This document shows positions 9,226-19,760 of a DNA stretch of 64,000 bases, piece after piece. The notes under the pieces are model-generated. The model saw nothing but the letters and a program-made list of their open reading frames with translations, was not told where the DNA came from and made no database searches. This stretch comes from a virus. Its lineage: Duplodnaviria > Caudoviricetes. The translations under genes were made by a program, and so were the position numbers. The DNA lies in IMG/VR virus record IMGVR_UViG_2706796498_000001, positions 42,072-106,071 of that record, one strand, 5' to 3'. Each line of letters opens with the position of its first letter. Positions within the stretch are counted from its first letter, which is position 1.

Positions 9226-9441
9226 TTGTTAAATGGTTATGGAAAGTATCTCAAGAAGCATGGGATTAGTCAGGTGAAACTAGCTGAATTTGAGGGTGTT
9301 TTCAAACAGTCAGTTAATTACCGGGCGCATTCTAAGTTTGGTAATATCCGTTTTTGCCATATGGAAAGCCTTGCTAAGTTTGTCAACAAGACGACAGGCG
9401 AAGTAATGGAAGAGTGTTTAGATTTAGAAGAAGGGAAGTAG
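9226..9441 (+). CDS. Small XRE-like helix-turn-helix protein
   Basis: YLKKHGISQVKLAEFEGVFKQSV pattern; SD AAGGAG. Confidence 0.6.
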   Translation: MLNGYGKYLKKHGISQVKLAEFEGVFKQSVNYRAHSKFGNIRFCHMESLAKFVNKTTGEVMEECLDLEEGK

Positions 9442-9448
9442 TAATACT

Positions 9449-9706
9449 ATGGTTAGCCCAGATCGATTAAATGCAATTGGTATGTATGTTAAGAATCATG
9501 ACATTGACAAAGAACAGTTTGCGAAGATTATTAAAGTACCTCTTAATGTTTTAAATTCTGACCTTGCTTATCAAGGAAATATCTATAATAAGTCTGTAAG
9601 GTTCTATTATGCTTTGGCTAAGGTTTCTGGTTTACCTTTAGATGATATAATTAAGGAAATCAGAAAACTTGATACAAGTATCAAGAAACAACGAGGTGAA
9701 GATTAG
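9449..9706 (+). CDS. Small HTH-like protein
   Basis: YVKNHDIDKEQFAKIIKVP...ALAKVSG, same layout as the preceding gene. Confidence 0.5.
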   Translation: MVSPDRLNAIGMYVKNHDIDKEQFAKIIKVPLNVLNSDLAYQGNIYNKSVRFYYALAKVSGLPLDDIIKEIRKLDTSIKKQRGED

Positions 9707-10351
9707 ATGGCAACAAGTCAACAACGAGAACAGATCTTAAAGGAAATGCGAGAGAAGGAACGTCAGCAAGCTGAAATTGCTAAGCGGACGGGTCGGGCAC
9801 CAGTAGGTGGAATGGCTCCCAAAGAAGAAGAAAAGAAGGTTAAGAAGGACGATACCCCCGTAGATACTGATTTACGGGTTAAGCAATTAGAGGAACAGTT
9901 AAAGAAGGCCAAGGAAGAAAATGCTGATTTAACTGATCAACTTGACGCTAAGAATAGTTCTAAGCGGTATTCCAAGGAACAAGAAGCATTAGCTGATATT
10001 ACTAGCTCGAATGACGCTTATCATTTTGTCAAGGAATATACTTATGATGTTAGTTACCCTACCAATGGAACTAAGCAAAAGAAGATTGTGGTTAAAATGC
10101 ACGCACCGAGCGTAGCAGAACAGGCCAAGATTCAAGGGAATTACGTTGAGTTGACTAATGGTTTAGGTGATGGCTTCCTAGCTAATGCAAAGGATTTATT
10201 CCTAGCTATTGCTTACTTCCAAGTAGTTGGTGATAATGTCCCTGTATGGTTTACTAATTTAGATAACACTTATCGGACAGATGTGTTATTCCAAGTATGG
10301 GGGGACTACCAAGAATGGTTATACTCCTTTCTGGACACCCAAGCACAATAA
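9707..10351 (+). CDS. Tail assembly chaperone (G-like)
   Basis: Upstream of tape measure; HAPSVAEQAKI, QVVGDNVPVWF, DYQEWLYSF end as in Twort-like chaperones. Confidence 0.75.
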   Translation: MATSQQREQILKEMREKERQQAEIAKRTGRAPVGGMAPKEEEKKVKKDDTPVDTDLRVKQLEEQLKKAKEENADLTDQLDAKNSSKRYSKEQEALADITSSNDAYHFVKEYTYDVSYPTNGTKQKKIVVKMHAPSVAEQAKIQGNYVELTNGLGDGFLANAKDLFLAIAYFQVVGDNVPVWFTNLDNTYRTDVLFQVWGDYQEWLYSFLDTQAQ

Positions 10352-10895
10352 AGATGATGAAGTTGAGAATTACAACCCATTAGTTAGTCCCGCAATTAAT
10401 AAGGTTGGTGGGATTGAACCGCTAGTTAAGTCAGTTTCTGGTCGTAACTTGTGGGCAATCATGAAATTTTTCAGGGTTCTTCCTAATGACCCTAAACTTA
10501 GGTCATTAACCTATGCACAGCGTGAATTTATCATTCAGTCTATGAATGAGGACGTTCGTGAACAAGAATTGGCCGCTAAGGGTATGGAAGAAACGGCTTC
10601 GTACTCTGATGATAGTTTTGAAAAGAAGTTCTATTCTAACAAGGAAGAAGATCTTCTTGAGGGTGATGAAGATCTAGATAAACTTTATCAACAGTCCTTA
10701 CAATTAAAGCAAAAGACAGATATTAATGCTGGTATGCAAGCTAAGGACTTATCACAGTATGATAAAGAAATTACTGAAAAGATCAATACTGCCCTGTATG
10801 AACATCAAAAGAAACAAGAAAGTGCCCACCAACAGATTCAACAGAATTGGGACGACATTCTTAAAGATTCTAAACAGTATCAAGATAATGATTAA
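10281..10895 (+). CDS. Tail assembly chaperone extension (GT-like), probably made by +1 frameshift
   Basis: GGIEPLVKS...RNLWAIMKFFRVLPNDP; overlaps the previous gene in the +1 frame and has no SD of its own. Confidence 0.7.
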   Translation: MCYSKYGGTTKNGYTPFWTPKHNKDDEVENYNPLVSPAINKVGGIEPLVKSVSGRNLWAIMKFFRVLPNDPKLRSLTYAQREFIIQSMNEDVREQELAAKGMEETASYSDDSFEKKFYSNKEEDLLEGDEDLDKLYQQSLQLKQKTDINAGMQAKDLSQYDKEITEKINTALYEHQKKQESAHQQIQQNWDDILKDSKQYQDND

Positions 10896-10920
10896 GACCT
10901 ACCGAAAAGTAGGTCTTTTC
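10894..10920 (+). terminator. Intrinsic terminator
   Basis: AAGACCTAC-CGAAAA-GTAGGTCTT-TTC. Confidence 0.75.
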
Positions 10921-10951
10921 TTGTATATTACGATTGATAGGTGGTGAAATA

Positions 10952-13900
10952 ATGACTGAATATGATTTAACATTAAAGCTGGCAAGTGGGACTGCTGTTC
11001 CTTTACAAAAACGAGTTAAACAGCTTGAGAAAGAAATTGACCAGGTTTATAAATCCGGGATTAACAACAATAATACAATCTCTAATAAGCGGTCTACTAA
11101 TTTACAACGTGATCTAGTATACGCACTTAACCAACTCAAGGAACAACAGGATAACCTTGAGGGTGAATTAAATAGTACCACCCTTTATAACCGACAGGCT
11201 TATCAACAATTGGTTGACGCCTTGGATAAAGCTACCCAAGGAATTGACCAGATTAATTCCTTAGCCAACAGTGATAAATATCAAGATATTCAGTCATTTA
11301 ATCTATCCTCATCAAAGGTATATCAGAGTTCAGAGTATGCTGATCAACAACAAGCCAACGATTTTGTTAATTCTGAATTAGGTAAAGAAGTTAAGAATAT
11401 CGTTTTACGATCAACAACTCAATCTAATCGTTGGAATCAGAGTGTCGATTCTGGGGTTGTTACTTACCAAAAGTATCAGGAGTATGTATCAAATAATCAG
11501 TATACCCGAGAAAAAATAACTGATTTAGATAGCCAAGTAACTGATCAACGGAATAACATTCAATCCCAAATTGACGTATTAAGTTCTCAACAAGATCAAA
11601 TTAAGGGCCAAGATAGTTTAAGTGTCGATGATGTAAACACCCTAGCGGGAATTAGGGAGCAATTAAATAACTTATCAAAGAGTGGTAAGTATCTAGATGA
11701 GTTGTCTAATCGGCTAACTCAAGCTCAAGAAGCGGTTACTAGGACTGGTGAAGCAATTCACGCTAAGACCAGTATTGATAATGTTACTAATAATACTGAT
11801 ACCAAAGATACCATTAAGGTATTACCTAGCAATGATTCTATTGCTGGGTATATCCACAATCACCGTTCTTTCTTAATTCGTCAAGCAGTTAGAACCGCTT
11901 TAATTGCTGGCCCTTATTATGTATCACAAGGTAGCAATGCTCGTCTTACTACCTTTAATAATATCGCAGGGGCTATGTATGCACGAGGCGGTGGTGATAA
12001 TAGTATTGTTAATACCCTAGGTAACAATAAGTTAGGAATGGACTTATCAGAAAGTTCAGCTTATCTAGGGGCGTATACTCGCAATACTGGTAAGGGTAAT
12101 CTATCAAACAAGTCTATTTCTAAACTTACCAACACTTGGGGAGCTTTAGCACTTACCAACGGAGCAAGTAGTAATACAGTCGCTAATTTGTTAGGTGTGG
12201 CCGCGCTTACTAATACGCAAGGATTGTCAGCAAGTGATAGTGAGCGTTTAGCAGACGCAATTCAGAATAGTCTAACCAATTCTCATACTAGTGCGAAGGC
12301 TGATTCCCAATTAAAAGCCTTATCTAGTATGTATCAGACTGCGGCAACTAGTGGTAAGTTGACCACCAAAGATCAGATTAATATTGCTGGTTTCCAGTCA
12401 ATGATGAGTAAGACTGGTTCTTCTTGGCAAGGTAGCGCAGGTGCCCAAGCCTATTCTGGTTTAGCTAATGTATCTAATAATGCTAATAGCCAAAACCAAC
12501 AGTTATCATTATGGTTAGATAACAAGAACTTTACTGGGTATAATCAATCCGGTAATATGGTAGCCTTAAAGACTGCACAACGGGCTAAGTCAGACCCTTA
12601 TTTATACAAGACACCTATTGGTAACTTATATCGGACTGCTAGACAGCAAACCAGTAGCAAGTCCGGGGCAATTGCAGTTACTACTCAAAACTTGGTAACT
12701 TTGTCTGGAAACTCACTATCATATGAACAGGCTAATTCATTAGTCAAGTTGTATGCTGATGGCAAGTTTACCCGTGCTAACGTTAAGAAACAGACTAAAG
12801 GTAAAGGGGTAAATAGTAAGAAGTATCATAAGACTGGTACTAGCTCCATTCGCTCCCAACAGCAAGCAATTCAATCATCACAAATTAAAGCGTCCCAATC
12901 AATAGATGGTTTAAGACGTAATCTAAGCTCCTTTACCCATTCTCACCCAATGATAAGTGCAATTGGTTTTGTTGGCGGAAGTGCCTTGATGGGGGCTAGT
13001 GATGGTATTATCAATGCCGCTATTGAGGGTGGTTCACTAGCTACAATGGGGGCTGGTGTAAAGAGTGTTGCTAAATCTGGGCTTTCGGTTTTGTCCAAAA
13101 TGCCTAAGACAGGTAAAGTTGGTACCATTGTTGGTATAGGTGTTGGGATTGGAACTGGTTTGTTATTAATGTCAGGCAATGCTAAGGCAAGTACCAAAGA
13201 CAAGGATAACAAAGCCAAGATGACCAGTACGCAATCACGTACACAATCACGTACACAAAATAGTCAAGCATATACACCACGTAAAAAGTCAGCTAAGCAT
13301 AAAAGTATTCTTACTAGTATTAAGGACGGGGTTTTACATTTTCTGTCCGAGCTAGGCGTATATCGTGTTAAACACAAAGATGTTAATGCTTCTCAAAAGC
13401 AATTAATTAAGCACTTGAGAATGTGGTTCAACGAGATATATAAGAAAGTTAAGAATGCGGCCAAGAATGGTTCAAGTGATTCTAAGACTGCTGGTGACGT
13501 TTCCAATGATGGGGCAACTAAGTCAAAGGAATACTGGTTAAAGAAGGCCAAGGAAGTTGCTAAGGCAATGGGGGTTGACATTAGTGATTCACAGCTAGAA
13601 AACTTAATGAAGTTAATTGCGGGCGAATCCAACTATGATCAAACCATTACTCAACAAATTCAAGATGTTAATTCAGCTAATGGTGACCCAGCCAAAGGGT
13701 TATTACAGATGATTCAAGGAACCTTTAACAAGTATAAAGTTAAAGGTCATGATAATATCCTTTCCGGGGTTGATCAACTTTATGCTTTCTTTAACATTGC
13801 TAACTGGGCCAGTTATCTCTATGGTCACGCTGGTTGGTCACCTTCTGGCCCTACCCGAGGTTATGCTAATGGGGGCTTAGTAACTCATGCTACCGGGGGT

Positions 13901-14188
13901 AGTATGACAGGCCCTATTCAAGGTATGCGTACTAGCCGAGAAAGTGCCCCAGTATCTATGCTTGACTTGAGGGCTTTGCAGACTCGTTACACAACCCTTA
14001 ACCAAGCTAATAGCGTTGTTCATAGGGTAAAGAGAAATGCTCCGAAAATAAAAGTTAAAATAGATACGTCACAAGCCGTTCAAAGCCGGAATAAAAATGA
14101 TATTATAGATAGTATCATTAACGATACATTTAATGCGTGGGTTAATAATAGCCAACAACAGATAATGTTAGACTACTACTCACATTAA
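10952..14188 (+). CDS. Tape measure protein with C-terminal lytic transglycosylase (SLT) domain
   Basis: Long coiled-coil/Ala-Ser-rich body, hydrophobic segments, then IAGES...DVNSANGDPAKGLLQ...TF SLT motif; follows the chaperones. Confidence 0.8.
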   Translation: MTEYDLTLKLASGTAVPLQKRVKQLEKEIDQVYKSGINNNNTISNKRSTNLQRDLVYALNQLKEQQDNLEGELNSTTLYNRQAYQQLVDALDKATQGIDQINSLANSDKYQDIQSFNLSSSKVYQSSEYADQQQANDFVNSELGKEVKNIVLRSTTQSNRWNQSVDSGVVTYQKYQEYVSNNQYTREKITDLDSQVTDQRNNIQSQIDVLSSQQDQIKGQDSLSVDDVNTLAGIREQLNNLSKSGKYLDELSNRLTQAQEAVTRTGEAIHAKTSIDNVTNNTDTKDTIKVLPSNDSIAGYIHNHRSFLIRQAVRTALIAGPYYVSQGSNARLTTFNNIAGAMYARGGGDNSIVNTLGNNKLGMDLSESSAYLGAYTRNTGKGNLSNKSISKLTNTWGALALTNGASSNTVANLLGVAALTNTQGLSASDSERLADAIQNSLTNSHTSAKADSQLKALSSMYQTAATSGKLTTKDQINIAGFQSMMSKTGSSWQGSAGAQAYSGLANVSNNANSQNQQLSLWLDNKNFTGYNQSGNMVALKTAQRAKSDPYLYKTPIGNLYRTARQQTSSKSGAIAVTTQNLVTLSGNSLSYEQANSLVKLYADGKFTRANVKKQTKGKGVNSKKYHKTGTSSIRSQQQAIQSSQIKASQSIDGLRRNLSSFTHSHPMISAIGFVGGSALMGASDGIINAAIEGGSLATMGAGVKSVAKSGLSVLSKMPKTGKVGTIVGIGVGIGTGLLLMSGNAKASTKDKDNKAKMTSTQSRTQSRTQNSQAYTPRKKSAKHKSILTSIKDGVLHFLSELGVYRVKHKDVNASQKQLIKHLRMWFNEIYKKVKNAAKNGSSDSKTAGDVSNDGATKSKEYWLKKAKEVAKAMGVDISDSQLENLMKLIAGESNYDQTITQQIQDVNSANGDPAKGLLQMIQGTFNKYKVKGHDNILSGVDQLYAFFNIANWASYLYGHAGWSPSGPTRGYANGGLVTHATGGSMTGPIQGMRTSRESAPVSMLDLRALQTRYTTLNQANSVVHRVKRNAPKIKVKIDTSQAVQSRNKNDIIDSIINDTFNAWVNNSQQQIMLDYYSH

Positions 14189-14200
14189 GGAGGAACTAGA

Positions 14201-14545
14201 ATGCACTTTGTAATCTATGAAAAGACAGACTGTTCTAATTGTATGCGTACGATGGCCCTGTTGCGGGGCATGAAGTCCGCTGTTGCTACTAACTACTATG
14301 GTGATGAATCAAAGCCTAATCTAGCTGATTTCACGACTGATGACCCAGACAAGGTTGCTTATCGGGAACACTTGGTAGATAAGTTAAAGACCCGTTATAA
14401 TGCAATGTCATTCCCGGTAGTTAAGGTTGTGGACAAGGATAACAACCTTATTGATTATTGGGACGGCTTTAACCCCAAGAAGATTTTTGAGTATGGAAAA
14501 AAGACCGATCAAGAAGAACTACAAGTAGTCAATGAGGAACACTAG
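14201..14545 (+). CDS. NrdH/glutaredoxin-like protein
   Basis: VIYEKTDCSNC, SFPVV, WDGFNPKKI motifs; strong SD. Confidence 0.8.
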   Translation: MHFVIYEKTDCSNCMRTMALLRGMKSAVATNYYGDESKPNLADFTTDDPDKVAYREHLVDKLKTRYNAMSFPVVKVVDKDNNLIDYWDGFNPKKIFEYGKKTDQEELQVVNEEH

Positions 14546-14589
14546 GCTATATTAAAGTAGAACAAACCTTATAGAAAGGACTAAAATTA

Positions 14590-17500
14590 ATGGCAACAAT
14601 TGATACAAGCGTTTTGCCTTACAATAATAAATTTAATCGGGCAAAGCGTTTTAGCGAGGTGCTATTTCGTCCGGGACGCCCCGCCCTTTCCCAAGAGTTA
14701 TTAGAAGAACAATCAATTAAAAATGACCAGTTAAATATGCTAGGATCAACCGTGTTTGCCGAGGGTGCGGTAGTTTCTGGTATGCAGGTGGTACCAGTAG
14801 CTACTACGGCTTCTTCTACCAGTAATAGTCAAAACCTATTTAGTGTCGCCACTCTTAGTGCTACTAATGCAACCCTTTCTACGACTGATTATGTAGCTAA
14901 GGGTAACATTAACTTTACCAGTGCGGCTAACGTTAGTACAGACCAATCAGCAATGGGTTTCAGTGTTAATGTTACTAAGGGCTTAGGTCTAACTATTGCC
15001 TTTAACGTTACCAAGACTACAGGTATTCTAGATAAGTTAAATCTGGACTTTGATGGTTCTCAACTTACTTTAAAGAAGTGGACACTTGATGGAGTAACAA
15101 TGCTTAATTCGTCATTAACAGATATGGCGAGTGCGAACTACAACATTGATTCAAATAATAATCAGGTAAACATTAATACTACTACTGCACACAAAGTGGT
15201 TGTTGTGTTCGATACCCTGATTTCTGGTAATACAGACTTAGCATTATATATTAATGCGGGGTATGATAACTCAAATTCCATTGTAGGGGTTGTAATTAAT
15301 AACCCAATGGCTGTGGAAGGAACAACCGAAAAGCCTTATGTAATTTCTAGTAAGGACACAACCACTGCTTCTAGCACAGAGAAGGTTAAGAATTACAAAG
15401 TTACTGCTGGTCGAGTATGGTTAGGTGGGCTAGTTCGTGAATTTGATGAACAAACCTTTTCCATTACTGGGACTGGTAAGGAAACAATTGGTTTATCCTT
15501 AAATGAAACCATTGTTACTAGCGCCGATGATAAGGATTTATTAGATGATACACCGGGTACGGTTACAAATGGTTTAGCTGGGGCTGACCGTTTGAAGTAT
15601 CAAGTGGTATTAACCTATAATGATAATTCAGCAGTTGACTTCGTTGTATTCCAAGATAATGTTATTAATCAAAGTGAGGTTCGACCAGACTATACTAATA
15701 TCACCAAGATTTTAGCTAAGCGGACTTATGACCAGTCGGGTTCTTTCCGAACAGAAGGCTTTGAGGTTCACCCTCACTTAAACTCTGATTCATCTAAGGG
15801 CGCTCAAGACCCAATGGACGCTAACAAGATTCTGTTAGATGTAGATAAGGGTCAAGCGTATGTTCAAGGTTATTCAATTGCCACCGATTCGACAACTAAT
15901 TTAAGGGTACGAATTGCTAATGATACAGGAACTACTACCAATGAAGGTCACTATTACAAGGGTGACGGTAGTAAGTATGAACTAATTAATCAACCTGTTA
16001 AGGCAGTTAATGGGGTTAGCTTTACTTCACGTAAAACAGTAACTTATACTCGTCCTGTTGGTGGTGGTAACTTAGATACGTTTACTCCAGATAATGTTAC
16101 CTATATTCGTCAGGTTTATGATAACACCCACCAATATACAGCAGGTGTAGATTTTACTTACGTTAATAATGTTATTCACTGGGGCCAAGATCTTTCTGGT
16201 AAGTCTTTGGCTGGGGCTAATGTCCCTAATCAAGGTCAATCATATACAGTAGTTTATGACTACTCAACTAACGCAGTTCAAGGTACTGATTATACTGTGG
16301 TTACAGAGGGTGGAACCACGTATATTGATATTGATGATTCAAAAGGTGCTAAGCCAGTAGCAGGTTCGACTATCACGGTATCTTATGTATACTTTGAAGC
16401 ACGAATTGATATGATTAGAATTACAATGGATAACTCAAATCCATTTAAGATTATCGAAGGGCAACCGGCCCCACTTGCTTCGGTTACTCCACCAGTGGTT
16501 AATGACCCTTACTCTTTGGAATTAGGGTATGTATTAATCTATCCTAACTCTCACAATGCAGTCTTTACTATGCAGACTGTAACTCGGCAAACCTTTGAAA
16601 CACTACAACAATGGGGACGCCGGTTAACTAACACCGAATACAATTTAGCGATTGCTAACATGAACCAAACAGTTGCCCGGTCAGAAGATCCTAGCTTGAT
16701 GAAAGATGTTCTTTCTGACAGTTTTAACACGATTAACAACCGTGATGACGCTAACTCTACGGTTGCCTATGACTTTGAAAACGGTGAAATCCTATTACCT
16801 AGTCAAGCAATGGCCGACTTAACTCCTACTATTGACTATGATAATTCACAAGTAGCCATTAAGGGATCGTCAGTTGCCCCTAAGGGTTCATTAGTTACCC
16901 CACCATATCATGAAGAAGTGGCTATTAATCAGCCAATTTCAACTGGGACAACCAATGTTAATGAATTTAATATCTTTAGTGCTAATGGTACTTTGACAAT
17001 CAATCCTGCTAGTGATAACTGGATTGATACAGATTCTACTACGGTTACTCGGGAAACTGACGCTGGTAAGGTTAGCCTTAATAAGTGGTGGTACCATACC
17101 AATGGTGACGTAGCCGTTGGTCGGACGGGTAAAACCCAATCTTATGCTGACGCTATTAGTCAACAGTACCAATACTCTAACTTACAGGGTATTAATTGGA
17201 TCAATGAAGGTCTACAAACTGGGTATATGCTAACCGATGGTGGATCTACCACTACTGAAAGTGCTATTGAGTACATGCGGCAACGAACCATTTCATTTGT
17301 GGCTCAAAACTTACCGGCCTTTTCTGACGGATATAAGATCACCATTGATGGGGTAGCGGCTCTTGACCCAACGCCTGCTAGTGATGATTATAAAGGTACT
17401 AATGGAGCCTTTAAGACTAATGCTAATGGTGAAATTCGTGGTACCTTTACGATTCCGGGTGGGGTAATTCGTTGTGGTACTCGGACGGTTAAGATTATTG

Positions 17501-19092
17501 ATAATGCTAATGATCAGGCAAGCACCAACTATATTGCCCAAGGTACTTTAAAGACAACTGAAAATATCATTGAAAAGCGGGTATATTCAGTTGATATTGT
17601 TGACCCGTTGGCCCAATCATTTACCATTGGTGAAACTCGTCAATTATCCTCTATTGACCTCTACTTCTATAAGAAGGCCGATAAGAGTGACACTGCTCAC
17701 ACTTCTGATCTAATTGTCCAAATTCGGGAACTTTCAGATGATGGTTATCCTAACAACGTGGTTCGGACTAGTGTTACATTAACACCAGATCAGATTCAAG
17801 TTTCCGATGATGGGAGTTTAGGTACTCGAGTAACTTTCACCGATTCAGTTACTTTGACTGGTAATCGGGGTTATGCAATCGTCTTGATTTCTGATAGTAA
17901 TGCTTATGAAGTGTTCTCGGCAACTAAGGGTCAAAAGGTTGTTAGCGCCGGAACCAGTGCTACGGTTTACAACACTAACCCGAATGCAATCAGTAACAAA
18001 GACCCGAATGCTACCGGTAAGAATGTCCAGATCTCCAATACAGTTACCGTATCTGTTGGTGACACTTTAACCTCGGCACCAAACTCAAATGGGGTAATGT
18101 TTATTTCTAACAACGCCCAAACTTGGACTGCTGATGGAACAAGCTCAATTAAGTTTGCGGTTAATGTATGTAAGTACCAACAGAATGGTGAGATTATCTT
18201 TGACCCGATTGTAATTGACGACTGGATCAAGTCTAGTGATACATGGGTAAAGGACTTAGGGGATAATCTTGATGGTAAGAGTTCTACTAGTAAGCACCAA
18301 CTAACTGCCTTAGACCGGTTGGCCGCTTTAACCTCTTACTTAACCTACCAAAACACGTCCATGAATTGGTATATTAGGGTATTGCAAGGCAATGCTCCAA
18401 CTTATTCAGGGGCCAGTGTAGCGACTGCTTTAGCTAACTGTCCTTGGTTAGCCTTGCCTGTAAATAACAATAATCAGGCGAAACCTTCGGCTACCAGTTC
18501 AAATGGGGTTCCAGCGGTTACTAGTGATGATAGCATTCAAACGGTAGACGGCGAGGTAATCTCCTTTAAGAATACCTATGCAATGCAATTGAAGGCCGAC
18601 TTTAACTCTGACGACTATATCGCACCTGTTTTAACAACAGAAGATCTATCATTAGTAGCGGTATTAACTGGGAAGGCCGCTAGTTATGAAAGTATCAATG
18701 TTGATGAAAGCGGGGACGCCGCCTTCAACTATGTAAAGCTCCAGTATGACGCCTACATTCCGGAAGTTGGTACTGCCTTACCACAAGTCAACCCGATGTA
18801 TTCAGTTGATGGTGGGGCAACTTGGTATAACTTCCCTAGTGGGGGTGGAACTTCAAGCACTACGACCAAGACTAGCGCTACCAGTTCTACACCAACCAGT
18901 ACCAAGGCACAGACAAACTACTTTACCCGTTATGTATATGAGGCGGTAGTACCGACTGCAACTGACCAAAACCATTTAGCAACACAGTTTAAGGTAAGGT
19001 TATACTTGCAAAGCCCTAACAATTTCCGTACCCCTAGAGTGCGTAAATTAAGTTGTTACTTGCAATATGACCCAAGCAAGAAAGTATCATAA
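14590..19092 (+). CDS. Large baseplate/adsorption-associated tail protein (DUF4815-like)
   Basis: PYNNKF...VLFRPGRPAL.QEL.E.QS, GADRLK, LAKRTYDQSGSF, DPLAQSF, PRVRKL motifs. Confidence 0.85.
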   Translation: MATIDTSVLPYNNKFNRAKRFSEVLFRPGRPALSQELLEEQSIKNDQLNMLGSTVFAEGAVVSGMQVVPVATTASSTSNSQNLFSVATLSATNATLSTTDYVAKGNINFTSAANVSTDQSAMGFSVNVTKGLGLTIAFNVTKTTGILDKLNLDFDGSQLTLKKWTLDGVTMLNSSLTDMASANYNIDSNNNQVNINTTTAHKVVVVFDTLISGNTDLALYINAGYDNSNSIVGVVINNPMAVEGTTEKPYVISSKDTTTASSTEKVKNYKVTAGRVWLGGLVREFDEQTFSITGTGKETIGLSLNETIVTSADDKDLLDDTPGTVTNGLAGADRLKYQVVLTYNDNSAVDFVVFQDNVINQSEVRPDYTNITKILAKRTYDQSGSFRTEGFEVHPHLNSDSSKGAQDPMDANKILLDVDKGQAYVQGYSIATDSTTNLRVRIANDTGTTTNEGHYYKGDGSKYELINQPVKAVNGVSFTSRKTVTYTRPVGGGNLDTFTPDNVTYIRQVYDNTHQYTAGVDFTYVNNVIHWGQDLSGKSLAGANVPNQGQSYTVVYDYSTNAVQGTDYTVVTEGGTTYIDIDDSKGAKPVAGSTITVSYVYFEARIDMIRITMDNSNPFKIIEGQPAPLASVTPPVVNDPYSLELGYVLIYPNSHNAVFTMQTVTRQTFETLQQWGRRLTNTEYNLAIANMNQTVARSEDPSLMKDVLSDSFNTINNRDDANSTVAYDFENGEILLPSQAMADLTPTIDYDNSQVAIKGSSVAPKGSLVTPPYHEEVAINQPISTGTTNVNEFNIFSANGTLTINPASDNWIDTDSTTVTRETDAGKVSLNKWWYHTNGDVAVGRTGKTQSYADAISQQYQYSNLQGINWINEGLQTGYMLTDGGSTTTESAIEYMRQRTISFVAQNLPAFSDGYKITIDGVAALDPTPASDDYKGTNGAFKTNANGEIRGTFTIPGGVIRCGTRTVKIIDNANDQASTNYIAQGTLKTTENIIEKRVYSVDIVDPLAQSFTIGETRQLSSIDLYFYKKADKSDTAHTSDLIVQIRELSDDGYPNNVVRTSVTLTPDQIQVSDDGSLGTRVTFTDSVTLTGNRGYAIVLISDSNAYEVFSATKGQKVVSAGTSATVYNTNPNAISNKDPNATGKNVQISNTVTVSVGDTLTSAPNSNGVMFISNNAQTWTADGTSSIKFAVNVCKYQQNGEIIFDPIVIDDWIKSSDTWVKDLGDNLDGKSSTSKHQLTALDRLAALTSYLTYQNTSMNWYIRVLQGNAPTYSGASVATALANCPWLALPVNNNNQAKPSATSSNGVPAVTSDDSIQTVDGEVISFKNTYAMQLKADFNSDDYIAPVLTTEDLSLVAVLTGKAASYESINVDESGDAAFNYVKLQYDAYIPEVGTALPQVNPMYSVDGGATWYNFPSGGGTSSTTTKTSATSSTPTSTKAQTNYFTRYVYEAVVPTATDQNHLATQFKVRLYLQSPNNFRTPRVRKLSCYLQYDPSKKVS

Positions 19093-19097
19093 CTAAT

Positions 19098-19126
19098 AAA
19101 AGGGAGCCTTGATAGGTTCCCTTTTT
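19098..19126 (+). terminator. Intrinsic terminator
   Basis: AAAAGGGAGCCT-TGAT-AGGTTCCCTTTTT. Confidence 0.8.
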
Positions 19127-19161
19127 CGTATATTAAATTTGAATAAGGGGGGATAAAATAA

Positions 19162-19752
19162 ATGGCAATTGCAGATGGCTACCACCGGTTAAGTCGGGTA
19201 GCGTTTAAACAAGTTGATGTAAATGGGAATGTAATTGATACCTTTAATTTTGCTATCAATCCCCAAAATATCCAAGAACAGGTAGCAACCCGAACAAGTT
19301 ATATCAATACTGCTCAATGGGGTAGTGTTCAGGAACTAGGGACTGGGGAACGTACAATTACCATTTCTGGGACAACTGGTTGGCGTCAAGGTTTAGGGTT
19401 TGAGGACTATAAAAAGTTACGGCTTTTCCTTACCGCATATACAGATTCTCGTATGGCACCTCCCGCAACGTCTAGTTTACGCTATCTTGAATTTTGGAAC
19501 TATACTGATGAGTATTGGTACGATGTGGCAATTAGTCCAAATGGTTATTCTTTTACACAAGACGTTTCAGAACCAATTTTAGTACGTTATTCTATTACCA
19601 TGATTGTACGAGGAAGATTAGATACTGCCAGTACAGATGATAAGTCGCAGACGTTAATTACTGATCCATATGCAAACAATAGTGGTCAATCTAATTTGTA
19701 TTATTCTAATATTGGGTATACGGTTCGACAAATGTTAAATGATGGGAAGTAG
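19162..19752 (+). CDS. Baseplate hub / tail-tube-initiator-like structural protein
   Basis: ADG..RL.RVAF, FAINPQ, ITISGTTG; first gene of the Twort-like baseplate block. Confidence 0.65.
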   Translation: MAIADGYHRLSRVAFKQVDVNGNVIDTFNFAINPQNIQEQVATRTSYINTAQWGSVQELGTGERTITISGTTGWRQGLGFEDYKKLRLFLTAYTDSRMAPPATSSLRYLEFWNYTDEYWYDVAISPNGYSFTQDVSEPILVRYSITMIVRGRLDTASTDDKSQTLITDPYANNSGQSNLYYSNIGYTVRQMLNDGK

Positions 19753-19760
19753 GTGAGTAG

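Noticed and set aside
13228-13258. 12-nt tandem repeat (TQSRTQSRTQ) in the tape measure gene
   Set aside because: Short in-frame slippage in a low-complexity linker
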